A stretch of DNA of 64,000 nt from an uncultured Gammaproteobacteria bacterium (GCA_964553825.1 CAZKLT010000002.1:2068-66067); one strand, 5' to 3'; shown: positions 48,594-58,258, counted from the first letter of the stretch. The notes: generated by a model from the sequence alone, not told the origin. Program-made: numbers and translations.

Positions 48594-48665
48594 CGGCGAG
48601 GTAGGACTTGAACCTACTCCCTCCGGCTTTGGGTACCGGCGCTCATCCTAATGAGCCATCTCGCC
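48594..48665 (-). tRNA. Atypical tRNA-Trp(CCA)-like gene or pseudo-tRNA
   Basis: GCTC/GAGC D stem, CCGGT-ACCCAAA-GCCGG anticodon arm (A32, C33), GTAGG-TTCAAGT-CCTAC T arm, only 6 acceptor pairs. Confidence 0.7.
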
Positions 48666-48684
48666 CTGTCCCCTTTTCTCTTGC

Positions 48685-49017
48685 TTACTCAGGTTCCTTG
48701 CCTGATCCTCCACATCTCGGACATGGATCTGCATCATATTCTGATGCCCACGCACCGCGTGCAGGTACAAAACCGGAGCCCAAACAGCGTTTGCAGCGGC
48801 CATGCCCAAACAGAGCGAATATACCGCTCACACTGACACCGACGATGATTAAAAATACCGGAAGAAGAACCACAAATCCTCCCGGTCCAAACCGATCAAG
48901 CACAAACGCCACCGCCGGCTGCGCATGGAATACGAAAACAAACGCACCGACAATGCCCAATACGGAAAAGATGTACCACACTCTTTTCCAAAACGGATTT
49001 TTTTTCTGACTTTTCAT
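48685..49017 (-). CDS. Small membrane protein with a C-terminal DnaJ-type CxxCxGxG zinc finger
   Basis: Two TM helices, CKRCLGSG and CPRCGGSG; GGAGAG RBS. Confidence 0.65.
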   Translation of the reverse strand: MKSQKKNPFWKRVWYIFSVLGIVGAFVFVFHAQPAVAFVLDRFGPGGFVVLLPVFLIIVGVSVSGIFALFGHGRCKRCLGSGFVPARGAWASEYDADPCPRCGGSGKEPE

Positions 49018-49155
49018 CACGTCTCTCCTTGTTTCAGGTTTCACCATTCATTTCCCCTCTTTCCAGCTCCGCAAAACGGAACTCGAGAGAGGGGAAATCG
49101 CATCCTTCTCTTGTTAATGTGCCGGCTTCTTGTGTTGACCCGCAAATAGGCCACC

Positions 49156-49435
49156 AAAAAGCCCCTGTACGCTTCCCAGACGTGGGAACCATACAGGGGC
49201 CTTCATCAGGCGGTACCACCCCGCACTATCTTCTCTTCGGTACTAAAAATCCCCTTCCGGGGAGTACGTTGTACCAACGAGAAAATCTCATTCGTGACAT
49301 ACTCCGCTTTCGCGACATATGTTGACAGACTTTTTACGGTTTCGCCTCCGTACCCGATTAAGGTCAGCGCCTAAAAGTTTGACATCTCTCTTAGGAAGTG
49401 GGCTCCATCCTCGCTCCACATCGCCAGTATTCACT
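49156..49435 (-). promoter_or_regulatory. T-box riboswitch leader (probably Trp) with intrinsic terminator
   Basis: Minus strand antiterminator GCGGGG-TGGTACC-GCC..GGC-CCCTGT and overlapping terminator GCCCCTGTA..TACAGGGGC-TTTTT (49156-49224). The 5' boundary is inferred from the promoter. Confidence 0.75.
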
Positions 49436-49443
49436 TATCTATG

Positions 49444-49473
49444 AGTATACCATCCCATGCACCATGGTTGCAA
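49444..49473 (-). promoter_or_regulatory. Promoter for the T-box leader
   Basis: Minus strand TTGCAA-18 nt-TATACT with extended TG. Confidence 0.5.
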
Positions 49474-49495
49474 ATCCGTCTGCTACAATGGATAT

Positions 49496-50062
49496 ATGCC
49501 TCAGGAAACACTCAGAAACATTCTGCTTCTGGAGCTTATCTATATAACGGGATTCTGGATCCTCACCACCAGCCCGAAGGGCAACCTCAAAGGTTTTTTC
49601 GCTGCAATAAAAGACAAACGCTCAGGCCTCCCGGTACTCGTGTTTGAGCTTCTCTGTTTTGTTCAGGTTCTGTTTTTTTCCAGCCCACAATTTTCCTTAG
49701 GGAGATTCGACTGGTTTATGGGGGTTGCCGGGCTATGTATCTCACTGTATGGCGCGGGGCTTGCTTCCTGGGCAAAATGGACCATGGGAACCAACTGGGG
49801 CAGACCAGCCCAGCACGACAGGAAAATTCAGAAACAGCTTGTCACCGACGGCCCGTTTGCGTTTTCCCGAAATCCTATTTATGTGGGCTTGTTGTTTCTC
49901 TTTATCGGCCTGGAATTTGCTCTTCAAAGTTATGGCTTTATTCTCGCTATTCCCCTCTTTCTGGCGATACGCAAAGCCGTTATGACGGAAGAAGCGCTCC
50001 TGCTCACCTACTTCGGAAAATCCTACGCCCGGTATAAAAAGCGGGTTCCCCGATTTTTCTAG
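49496..50062 (+). CDS. Isoprenylcysteine carboxyl methyltransferase / PEMT family membrane protein
   Basis: LVTDGPFAFSRNPIYVG, EEALL..FG..Y..YKKRVPRF motifs. Confidence 0.9.
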   Translation: MPQETLRNILLLELIYITGFWILTTSPKGNLKGFFAAIKDKRSGLPVLVFELLCFVQVLFFSSPQFSLGRFDWFMGVAGLCISLYGAGLASWAKWTMGTNWGRPAQHDRKIQKQLVTDGPFAFSRNPIYVGLLFLFIGLEFALQSYGFILAIPLFLAIRKAVMTEEALLLTYFGKSYARYKKRVPRFF

Positions 50063-50631
50063 CTAGTAGGTTAGGATGTGTATCCGTGACTGGACGAGAT
50101 TAGTCGATACTTTCAACTGTGTTTTCATTTGCACCTGATAGAGCTTATTTCCTTTATCGAGCGCAATGGCCTTTGACGTAAGCAGGATTGGCCCGGAGGA
50201 GTCGGGGTGACCTCGGAAAACCATACCGGGTGCTTATCTGTGGCATTGTAGAGCCTCACCCATACCCTCTGGCTCCCCGCTGGCACCGTGACCGTGGCTT
50301 CAAATGTCGCCTGCTTCATGCGTCCGTATGACGCCGTGTCCACGTAGGCGCTTGCCCCTGCCACATCAACCCAGTCATCGGAGGCATTTGTTCCCGATCC
50401 GAGTGGTACATAATACTCTTTTGCCGACCCGCTCACTGTTTTCCCCGCTACCTGATTCATCTTTGCGATACATGCCGAGGGACATGCCTCACTTGTTGTC
50501 CCCAGCACGGAACCACCTGCAAAAAACTGATGAATGAGATAGAGGTCAACGACCACTGCATTGAGAACTAAAACACCGACAAGCCACGGAAGAGGCGTAA
50601 AAAAATGGCGAGTGGCATTACGAAACTTCAT
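50063..50631 (-). pseudogene. Hypothetical membrane-anchored protein with an apparent 1-nt frameshift near 50205
   Basis: The ORF ends in an unlikely tail at 50125. Another frame continues DSSGPILLTSKAIALDKGNKLYQVQMKTQL...RIHILTY to a stop at 50063, abutting the neighbour's stop. Confidence 0.55.
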
Positions 50632-50671
50632 ACTTTCTCCAGTGTAGAAACTACCCCACTGGAGGTCAACT

Positions 50672-50744
50672 TGGTTGCGGGGCCGGGAATCGCACCCGGT
50701 CTAGAAGATTATGAGCCTTCTGTGCGGCTTTACACTACCCCGCG
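50672..50744 (-). tRNA. Initiator tRNA-Met (CAT)
   Basis: CGCGGGG/CCCCGCA with C1-A72 mismatch, CTCATAA loop, encoded CCA, TGCGATT T loop. Confidence 0.85.
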
Positions 50745-50847
50745 GTTCATAAAGAACGAATTTCATTATAGCGTGTTTGGCGCTCAAATCAAAGCTGCCC
50801 TTTGCTCTTCCTTCCAACTGGACTATACTTACTCAAGAACTTCTTGT

Positions 50848-52545
50848 ATGAAAAAGTACTGGCACCTTGTCATATTGGGCATTATCTTTTGTGTTGCCCT
50901 GTTTCTCCGACTTTGGCACCTTCCTCAAATTCCCGTCGGGCTCCATGGTGATGAAGCAAGTATCGGCTACAACGCATACTCACTGTTAAAAACCGGCCGT
51001 GATCAAAACGGTATCCGGTACCCTCTTGCTATTGACCAATTCGGCGACTTTCGACCTGCGGGATACCACTATCTTGATATTCCATTCGTAAAACTCTTCG
51101 GACTCAACGCGCTTGCGGTTCGACTTCCGTCTGCGATTCTTGGTGCCGCGTCTGTGGTGCTTTTTTACTTTCTCACCTCCGCGATCTTCGGCAAAAAACC
51201 GGTCGGTCTGATTGCGGCTTTTTTTCTGACCATTTCCCCGTGGCACATAAACATTTCCCGGGCCACCAGTGAGGGGGTTATCGCAGGCTTCTTCATTCTT
51301 TTGGGAATCCTTTTGGTGTTTCATGCACTGACCCGGCCAGGTCGAACGTCTCACCTGCTTATCGGAGGCTTCCTCTCGCTGTTTGTCAGCATCCTGTTCT
51401 ACCACAGTGCGCGTCTGTTCGTGCCTGTTTTTCTCATACCGTTTCTCGGAATCATGTTCCTGGCTTACAAACCGCCGGTGAAACGAAGCATCGGGGCCGT
51501 CATGCTTCTCGTTCTCTTCATCGCCGCACTCGCCGGAGTTATGAAGTCAAGCCAGGGAGCAGCGCGACCCAGCACGGTGAGCATCTTCAATATCCCGGGT
51601 GGTGATCGCGAAATTTTCCAGCAAATCGGTGAAGATGGAACACGGCCTGCCACCATAACACGAATACTGCATAACAAAGCACTCTTTTACGGCAGGTTAT
51701 TTCTTGCGTCGTATTTCTGGCATTTCAACGGTGAATTTCTTTTTAATTCAACGGGCATGCCCATACGATATAAGATCCCATGGAGCGCCAATATGTACCT
51801 CACAGACCTCCCGCTTTTGCTTCTGGGCGCTGCTGCACTTCTTCTGGACGGATTACGGAAACGGAAATACCTGCTCCTCATCCCGCTGGCGTGGCTGACG
51901 ATTGGCGCCCTTCCTGCGGGGCTGACATGGGAAGATCTCCCCAATGTGCAACGGGCTAGTCTTATGATTCCGGCGCTCCTGATGATTTCAGCGTATGGAC
52001 TGTTTGAGCTCCTTGCCGTATTTACCCAGAAAACGCTTCAGAAGCTGATCCTGCTGGGATATGGCGCATTTCTTACCTACGGATTTATTCTTTTTTACCA
52101 CAATTACTTCTACCATCTCCCCCGTCATGAACCGTGGCACAGAAGCGCCGCCGTGCCGCAACTACTCTCCCGGATAGCAGACCTTAAGAAAACGCACGGT
52201 AATGCTCCCGTTATCATGACCACCGAAAGCAACAATAACTTCATCTTCTACCTTTTCTATACGGCATTTGACCCGGCCACATTCCAGGCGATGGGATCAC
52301 CCACAGAGAAAGATAATATGCTTTTTGACGGCATCCAATACACGGTCAGACCATGTCCATTGGGAAACAATTCAGAAGCACCGGATGAAGAAGAAGACAA
52401 TATAGGCATCCTTTTCGTCAATAAAGCAACCTGCAAAACTCCGGTTAATGTTGATGTGTTGGAGACGATACGGTGGACCGATGGTGTCCCCGCCTTTCTT
52501 ATTGTGAAGGTAAACCCCCTGTGGGTAGCGCCGAAGACAAAATAA
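50848..52545 (+). CDS. GT-C (PMT/ArnT-like) membrane glycosyltransferase
   Basis: LHGDEASIGYNAYSLLKTGRD, AVRLPSA and SPWHINISR motifs; many TM helices. Confidence 0.88.
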   Translation: MKKYWHLVILGIIFCVALFLRLWHLPQIPVGLHGDEASIGYNAYSLLKTGRDQNGIRYPLAIDQFGDFRPAGYHYLDIPFVKLFGLNALAVRLPSAILGAASVVLFYFLTSAIFGKKPVGLIAAFFLTISPWHINISRATSEGVIAGFFILLGILLVFHALTRPGRTSHLLIGGFLSLFVSILFYHSARLFVPVFLIPFLGIMFLAYKPPVKRSIGAVMLLVLFIAALAGVMKSSQGAARPSTVSIFNIPGGDREIFQQIGEDGTRPATITRILHNKALFYGRLFLASYFWHFNGEFLFNSTGMPIRYKIPWSANMYLTDLPLLLLGAAALLLDGLRKRKYLLLIPLAWLTIGALPAGLTWEDLPNVQRASLMIPALLMISAYGLFELLAVFTQKTLQKLILLGYGAFLTYGFILFYHNYFYHLPRHEPWHRSAAVPQLLSRIADLKKTHGNAPVIMTTESNNNFIFYLFYTAFDPATFQAMGSPTEKDNMLFDGIQYTVRPCPLGNNSEAPDEEEDNIGILFVNKATCKTPVNVDVLETIRWTDGVPAFLIVKVNPLWVAPKTK

Positions 52546-52550
52546 GTGGG

Positions 52551-52623
52551 TGCCAGCGGCAGGGATCGAACCTGCGACCTATGCCTTATGAAGACACCGC
52601 TACTACCACTGAGCTACGCTGGC
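52551..52623 (-). tRNA. tRNA with CAT anticodon (elongator Met or Ile2)
   Basis: GCCAGCG/CGCTGGC acceptor, GTGTC-TTCATAA-GGCAT anticodon arm, GCAGG-TTCGATC-CCTGC T arm. Confidence 0.9.
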
Positions 52624-52667
52624 CTTCGGCCATTGTACGAAATTTAGCCTCATCTGGCAACCATTCC

Positions 52668-53021
52668 CTAGAAAAAAAGCTTCCACCACCGCTTCCAGTT
52701 GGAACTGTCTGACTCTCCTCCTGAGGCTGCCGGTCCTCCGATAGCTCCCGACGTGTCCACAAGGACGATCGTATCCTCCGGCCTGGCCAATCCGAGTTTC
52801 TCTCGTGCCTGTTTTTCGATAAATGCAGCACTGGTAGCCTCGGCAAGCTTCCCCAGAAGCTCCGCTTTGCGCTGTTCCTCGGCTTGAAGCACGCTTTCCT
52901 GCGTCTGGACGATATCCTGCTTCGTTAGATGTCCGATGATAGACCGGATAAGCCCAACGGAAACCACCAAGCTCAATAGGCCGAAAATCAGGCGTACCGA
53001 GGCTAATTTGTCAGATTTCAT
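52668..53021 (-). CDS. Septum formation initiator (FtsB/DivIC family)
   Basis: TM helix, coiled coil, FIEKQAREKLGLARPED. Confidence 0.85.
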   Translation of the reverse strand: MKSDKLASVRLIFGLLSLVVSVGLIRSIIGHLTKQDIVQTQESVLQAEEQRKAELLGKLAEATSAAFIEKQAREKLGLARPEDTIVLVDTSGAIGGPAASGGESDSSNWKRWWKLFF

Positions 53022-53132
53022 ACATCCACTTGCAAAATAGCTCCTTTAATGATATTATAGGTTATCTTTAGCTTCTTTTAGAGCTACAAAACACTCTAAA
53101 CCTGCCACGAGCTAACGAATCAAAATCATACT

Positions 53133-53990
53133 ATGACAACCCTAAAAGACGCCCATGTGCAATTTACGCAATACCTGGAGTCCAGGAAGCGAGCGCGCGC
53201 TACCATCGTAGCATACGGCAAAGACATCGAACAGCTTACTGGCTTCCTCACAAACATGGGGAAGAAAAACATCGAGGACGTCACTCGTGATGAGCTGGAT
53301 GCATTCCTGAAAAAACTGGCCGCAGACAGCTATACACCCAAGTCCATCTCAAGAAAAATTAACTCAATTAAGACCTTTTTCCGGTTTCTGAAAACAACGG
53401 GCATCGTCAGCGGAGATCCTGCCATCGAGATTGAACACCCGAAATATGAAGTCAAGCCGCCGCGCATTCTCTCAAAGATCGAATATCGCGCGCTGCGTGA
53501 CGCGTGCCGGGGCGATCTGCGCATATACGCAATCGTTGAACTTTTCCTTCAGACAGGCATCCGCATCGGAGAACTTGCAACACTGAAAATAGAGGATCTC
53601 AATGGCATAACACTCCATATAGCAGCCCAGGAAGGACACGAAGAGCGCACCATTCCGTTAAACAAAGCCGCAAAGGATGCCCTTGACCGGTACCTGACGA
53701 CCCGAAACCCCGAGGCATCAAGCAAATCCCTCTTTGTCACAAAAACAGGGCGTCCCCTTCTTATCCGCAACATTCGCACCGCCATTGACCGGTATTTCCG
53801 GATTGCGGGCATCGAGGGCGCAAAAGTGAACGATCTGCGCCATACGTTCATCGCTCACCATCTCATGGCAGGAACCGCAATTACGACCCTGTCCAAGCTC
53901 GTCGGTCACAAGCGACTTTCCACGACGGAACGCTATCTCGAACTCGTCAAAGATAAACAGGTTGAAAGCGTAAAACTTGAAGAATTGTAA
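53133..53990 (+). CDS. XerC/XerD-like tyrosine recombinase
   Basis: SAM-like N-domain, TGIRIGE, NDLRHTF, LVGH and TTERY. Confidence 0.9.
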   Translation: MTTLKDAHVQFTQYLESRKRARATIVAYGKDIEQLTGFLTNMGKKNIEDVTRDELDAFLKKLAADSYTPKSISRKINSIKTFFRFLKTTGIVSGDPAIEIEHPKYEVKPPRILSKIEYRALRDACRGDLRIYAIVELFLQTGIRIGELATLKIEDLNGITLHIAAQEGHEERTIPLNKAAKDALDRYLTTRNPEASSKSLFVTKTGRPLLIRNIRTAIDRYFRIAGIEGAKVNDLRHTFIAHHLMAGTAITTLSKLVGHKRLSTTERYLELVKDKQVESVKLEEL

Positions 53991-54006
53991 CGCGTTTGCA
54001 ATAATA

Positions 54007-54161
54007 GGTGAAAAGCGACTGAGTTTGGCCAGTCACCAAACGAGCTATCTGCCGAACCGCAGTAAGCAGATCGGGTAAGCCCGTAACAGCACTCGAGAAG
54101 CAAATAAGGTGGTACCACGAACACCCGTTCGTCCTTATAATGAAGGAGAGCGGGATTTTTT
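54007..54161 (+). promoter_or_regulatory. T-box riboswitch (Val) upstream of valS
   Basis: AAATAAGGTGGTACCACG T-box; antiterminator ATAAGG/CCTTAT plus ACGAAC/GTTCGT; terminator CCCGTTCGTCCTT..AAGGAGAGCGGG-ATTTTTT; stem II with CCGAA/AGTA; CCCGTAAC. Confidence 0.88.
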
Positions 54162-56393
54162 ATGGAAAAAAACTACGATCCAAAGCAGGTAGAAGACCGC
54201 ATTTACGCCATGTGGCAACAGGGCGGCTATTTTGTGCCCACCGATAATCCGAAGGCAAAGCCCTTCACTATTATCATGCCTCCTCCCAACGCCAACGACC
54301 CGCTCCACATTGGTCATGCCATGTTTGTCGCCTTAGAAGACATTATGATCCGCTACCGGCGAATGGCAGGCTTCGCCAGCCTCTGGGTTCCGGGAACGGA
54401 CCACGCAGGTATAGAAACCCAGTTCGTGTTTGAAAAAAAGCTGAAAAAAGACGGAAAAAGCCGGTTTGATTTTGACCGGGAAACATTATTCGCCAATATC
54501 TGGCAGTACGTAAAACAAAACTCAGATATGGCCGTTTCACAACTGAAACGGATTGGGGCATCTGCCGATTGGAGCCGCTTTAAATTCACCCTTGATCCGG
54601 ATATCGTCGACGTCGTGTTAACCACATTTCGCAAACTGCATGAAGACGGACTTCTCTATCGGGACAACCGCCTCGTTAACTACTGCACCCGCTGCGGCAC
54701 GGGATACTCAGAGCTTGAGGCGAACCACGAGGTGAAAAGGGATCCATTTGTCACCATAAAATACGGCGACTTTACCATAGGCACGGTGCGCCCGGAAACC
54801 AAATTCCGGGATACCGCCCTTGCCGTAAACCCTAAGGACAAACGGTATAAAAAATTTATCGGCCAAAGCTTTGACATAATGGGACTCTTGGGGCCTATAA
54901 AGATGACGGTGATAGCAGATCCCGAGGTGGATCCGGCATTCGGCACCGGCATGATGAAAGTAACGCCCGCCCATGATTTTCATGATTTCGAGCTGGGTAA
55001 AAAACATAATCTTCCCGTCACTCCCATTATCGATCTCAAAGGAAAAATGGACTTTTCCTGGTATATACAGAGTCCTGACTTTGCAACCAAACCGCAAAAA
55101 TACCAGGATCGCGCAAAAACGTATCATGGCTTGCATGTGTCAAAAGCCCGGCCGCTTATGATAGACCATCTCAAAGCAGACGGATTGCTTGTGGATATCA
55201 ACGAAAATTACGAACACACGGTGGCCACCTGCTATCGCTGCGGCTCCACCCTTGAGCCGCTTCCACTCCCCCAGTTTTATATCAAGGTTGAAGCGCTGAC
55301 AAAACCGGTACTTCAAGCGCTCAAAACCAAAAAGGTGAAGATTCTCGGTCCCGGATACGACAAGATACTCAAAAACTGGCTTACCAACCTCAAAGACTGG
55401 AACATCAGCCGCCAGATCGTCTGGGGGATACGGATTCCCGTGTGGTATTCCCTGGAAGAAAACCCCAACCTGCAAATACGGTATGTGGACTCGCAGGGAC
55501 AGCAGATCGTGAGAAACGGGAACGATATTCTTGCGTCTGGTGATCTTGAGGAGGCAAAAAAGGGTCTTCAACAGCTGCAGGCGCCCATCGGCTCAACGTT
55601 TGTCATAAGCACTACTGCCCCTGGTCCCAACTATCTCCAGGAAACGGATACGTTTGACACCTGGTTTTCTTCAGCCCAATGGCCATTTGCCACGCTTAAA
55701 ACCGCAAAAAAGGGAGACTTTGACCGCTTCTACCCTACGCAGGTTATGGAGACGGCGTACGACATTCTTATCTTTTGGGTCATGCGCATGCTAATGATGG
55801 GTATATATGTCACGGGTAAACCGCCATTTGATACCGTCTACCTTCATGGCCTCGTGCGGGATGATAAGGGGCAAAAAATGAGCAAATCGAAGGGTAACGT
55901 TATTAACCCGATAGAAATAATTGACAAATATGGGGCAGATGCGCTGCGTATGGCGCTCGTTATGAGCACCACCGCAGGCCGTGATTCAAATACCAGCGAA
56001 GAAAAAATCCGCGGCATGCGTAACTTCACCAACAAAATCTGGAACGCCGCGCGGTTTATCCGCCTCAAGGAAAATCAAAATGCAAAAATAGGCGAGCTGG
56101 ACGAACCGTTTATCAAACACCTCCATGCCACATCAAAAACTATCACCAAGTATTTAACCGCCCAAAAAATCGGCCTTGCAGCCGAGTGTGTATATCAGGA
56201 ATTTTGGCATTGGTTTTGCGATGAAGCCATCGAACAAAACAAGGAAGGTAAAATCTCCGATGCGGCGCTCAACGAAGGATTCATAACGTTTTTAAAGCTC
56301 CTTCATCCATTTGTGCCATTTATCACTGAGGAAGTTTGGAGATCGATACATCCCGACAGGACGCCGCTAGTTGTCAGCCCATGGCCGTCATGA
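54162..56393 (+). CDS. valS: Valyl-tRNA synthetase (compact; no C-terminal coiled coil)
   Basis: PPPNAN..LHIGH, GTDHAGIETQ, DWNISRQIVWG, DTWFSS and KMSKS motifs. Confidence 0.96.
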   Translation: MEKNYDPKQVEDRIYAMWQQGGYFVPTDNPKAKPFTIIMPPPNANDPLHIGHAMFVALEDIMIRYRRMAGFASLWVPGTDHAGIETQFVFEKKLKKDGKSRFDFDRETLFANIWQYVKQNSDMAVSQLKRIGASADWSRFKFTLDPDIVDVVLTTFRKLHEDGLLYRDNRLVNYCTRCGTGYSELEANHEVKRDPFVTIKYGDFTIGTVRPETKFRDTALAVNPKDKRYKKFIGQSFDIMGLLGPIKMTVIADPEVDPAFGTGMMKVTPAHDFHDFELGKKHNLPVTPIIDLKGKMDFSWYIQSPDFATKPQKYQDRAKTYHGLHVSKARPLMIDHLKADGLLVDINENYEHTVATCYRCGSTLEPLPLPQFYIKVEALTKPVLQALKTKKVKILGPGYDKILKNWLTNLKDWNISRQIVWGIRIPVWYSLEENPNLQIRYVDSQGQQIVRNGNDILASGDLEEAKKGLQQLQAPIGSTFVISTTAPGPNYLQETDTFDTWFSSAQWPFATLKTAKKGDFDRFYPTQVMETAYDILIFWVMRMLMMGIYVTGKPPFDTVYLHGLVRDDKGQKMSKSKGNVINPIEIIDKYGADALRMALVMSTTAGRDSNTSEEKIRGMRNFTNKIWNAARFIRLKENQNAKIGELDEPFIKHLHATSKTITKYLTAQKIGLAAECVYQEFWHWFCDEAIEQNKEGKISDAALNEGFITFLKLLHPFVPFITEEVWRSIHPDRTPLVVSPWPS

Positions 56394-56439
56394 GATAATA
56401 CGCATACCCAGCGAGGCTAATCCTGGGATTTTTCATTCT

Positions 56440-57003
56440 ATGTCAACGATAACCACCGCCGATTTTGCCAAAGGAATATTTATCGAATTTAAGAACGAAC
56501 CGCATCAGATTGTGGAGTTTCAATTCGTCAATCCGGGGAAAGGGTCAGCATTCGTCCGCACCCGCCTCAAGTCCCTCAAAACAGGAAAAGTCCAGGAATT
56601 TACGTACAAATCCGGAGAGTCTGTTGAGGAGATTCCGGTCGCTACCCGCGAGATGCAATTCCTCTACAAAGAAGCGGATAAATATATCTTTATGGACAAC
56701 TTTTCCTATGAACAATATGGCATCCCGGAGAGCATGTTGGGCACATACGTGAACTGGCTCAAGCCAAATGACACCTACCAAATCCTCGTAAACGACGATG
56801 AGGCTGTGGGCATACGGTTCCCCAAAAAAGTACGACTGAAGGTAACACAAGCGGAAGAAGGTGCGCGCGGCAATACCGTCGGCGGCGCATTGAAGTCAGT
56901 CACCGTGGAAACGGGCGCCACGGTCAGTGTTCCCCTCTTCATCAAGGAAGGCGAAACGATCGCCATCGATCCCGAGACTGGGACCTATCTTGAGCGCGGC
57001 TAA
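56440..57003 (+). CDS. efp: Elongation factor P
   Basis: NPGKGSAFVRT and VETGATVSVPLFI motifs. Confidence 0.96.
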   Translation: MSTITTADFAKGIFIEFKNEPHQIVEFQFVNPGKGSAFVRTRLKSLKTGKVQEFTYKSGESVEEIPVATREMQFLYKEADKYIFMDNFSYEQYGIPESMLGTYVNWLKPNDTYQILVNDDEAVGIRFPKKVRLKVTQAEEGARGNTVGGALKSVTVETGATVSVPLFIKEGETIAIDPETGTYLERG

Positions 57004-57024
57004 AATAGCCGGTACACTGGGTAT

Positions 57025-58212
57025 ATGGCCGCCAAAACCCTCAAACGACCTTGGACCCACTGGGCGAGCGCGGCACTGGTTGGCAGTATCATCATCCTGA
57101 CCGTTTCTACATGGGCTGCAGATACCTGGACGACCCTTTCCCAAACTATCGTCGGGAAGTCGCAGGAAAATACGCAGCTCGCACGCCAAATTGCTTCAAT
57201 CTCAGCGGAGCTTTCGGCTCTCCAGAACGAGGATCAATTCATCCGCAACAAGAAACTTGAAGGCGACATCAAACAGATCGAATCCACATACAAGGGCGCG
57301 GTTGATGTGTATGAGGAATTGCTGGAACTTAAAACAGTCGCCAAGGATACCAAAAAGTTTGATGAGTCATTTGCAAAAATCCTCGACCTCCTATCCGGCA
57401 GGAACTATGCGTCAGCAGCGGCTTCGCTTGCAACGCTGCGGACTTCCATAAAAGCAGAACACGATAAAATCACTGCATCATTTGTCATCCCCGCCAATGT
57501 CTCGGCAAATAATTCCGCTCCCTCATCTGGGTATCAAAGACAACGTGTCGAACTGGATATTGGCGAATACCTGGTAGACATTGTCGCCGGCGACCTGTCT
57601 TCCACCCGCGTCATTGTTGATACAGCCTCAAGTGAGACGTGCAAAAACGATTGCCCCGTTCTTTCCCTTTCTGAATACGTATCGCGAAACGGCGCCTTTG
57701 CGGCGATTAACGGATCGTATTTTTGCCCCGCCAGCTACCCAAGCTGTGCCGGAAAGACCAACTCCTTTGATACACTGCTGATGAATAAAAACAAAGTATA
57801 TTTTAACTCCGATAACAACGTCTATAGCACTGTACCTGCGGTTATTTTCGCGTCAGGATCAGTCCGGTTTATCGGGCGCTCTCTTGATTGGGGTCGGGAT
57901 ACCGGGATAGACAGCATGATTGCCAATCAACCACTTATGGTGTCTGGCGGCAATGTGATTTTCGGAGGCGACGGCGATCCTAAAAAAGGAAGCATCGGCC
58001 CACGCAGCTTCGTTGCAAGCAGAGGAAACACGGTATACATCGGCGTTGTCCACAACGCGACCGTCGCTGAGGCCGCACGTGTGCTGAAAGGTTTGAACAT
58101 GGACCATGCGCTTAATTTGGACTCCGGCGGCTCAACTGCCCTTTGGAGCGGTGGATATAAAGTGGGTCCCGGCAGAAACATTCCAAACGCGATTTTGTTT
58201 GTCAGAAAGTGA
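57025..58212 (+). CDS. Phosphodiester glycosidase (NAGPA-like) family protein with coiled coil
   Basis: AAINGSYF, GPRSF and ALNLDSGGSTAL motifs. Confidence 0.82.
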   Translation: MAAKTLKRPWTHWASAALVGSIIILTVSTWAADTWTTLSQTIVGKSQENTQLARQIASISAELSALQNEDQFIRNKKLEGDIKQIESTYKGAVDVYEELLELKTVAKDTKKFDESFAKILDLLSGRNYASAAASLATLRTSIKAEHDKITASFVIPANVSANNSAPSSGYQRQRVELDIGEYLVDIVAGDLSSTRVIVDTASSETCKNDCPVLSLSEYVSRNGAFAAINGSYFCPASYPSCAGKTNSFDTLLMNKNKVYFNSDNNVYSTVPAVIFASGSVRFIGRSLDWGRDTGIDSMIANQPLMVSGGNVIFGGDGDPKKGSIGPRSFVASRGNTVYIGVVHNATVAEAARVLKGLNMDHALNLDSGGSTALWSGGYKVGPGRNIPNAILFVRK

Positions 58213-58258
58213 AGGCTCGTTGACAAACCAGCAAAAACAGTGAAACAATACCGCTAGT

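Noticed and set aside
49203-49209. CUGAUGA on the minus strand near the Trp T-box
   Set aside because: It is the antiterminator loop region and the other hammerhead elements are missing.
50605-50847. N-terminal extension of the GT-C ORF (likewise the racemase extension 48452-48511)
   Set aside because: These extensions overlap tRNA genes; the real starts are downstream.
53133-53990. Tyrosine recombinase near tRNAs as a prophage or island integrase
   Set aside because: It is Xer-sized, flanked by housekeeping genes, with no att duplication or phage genes.
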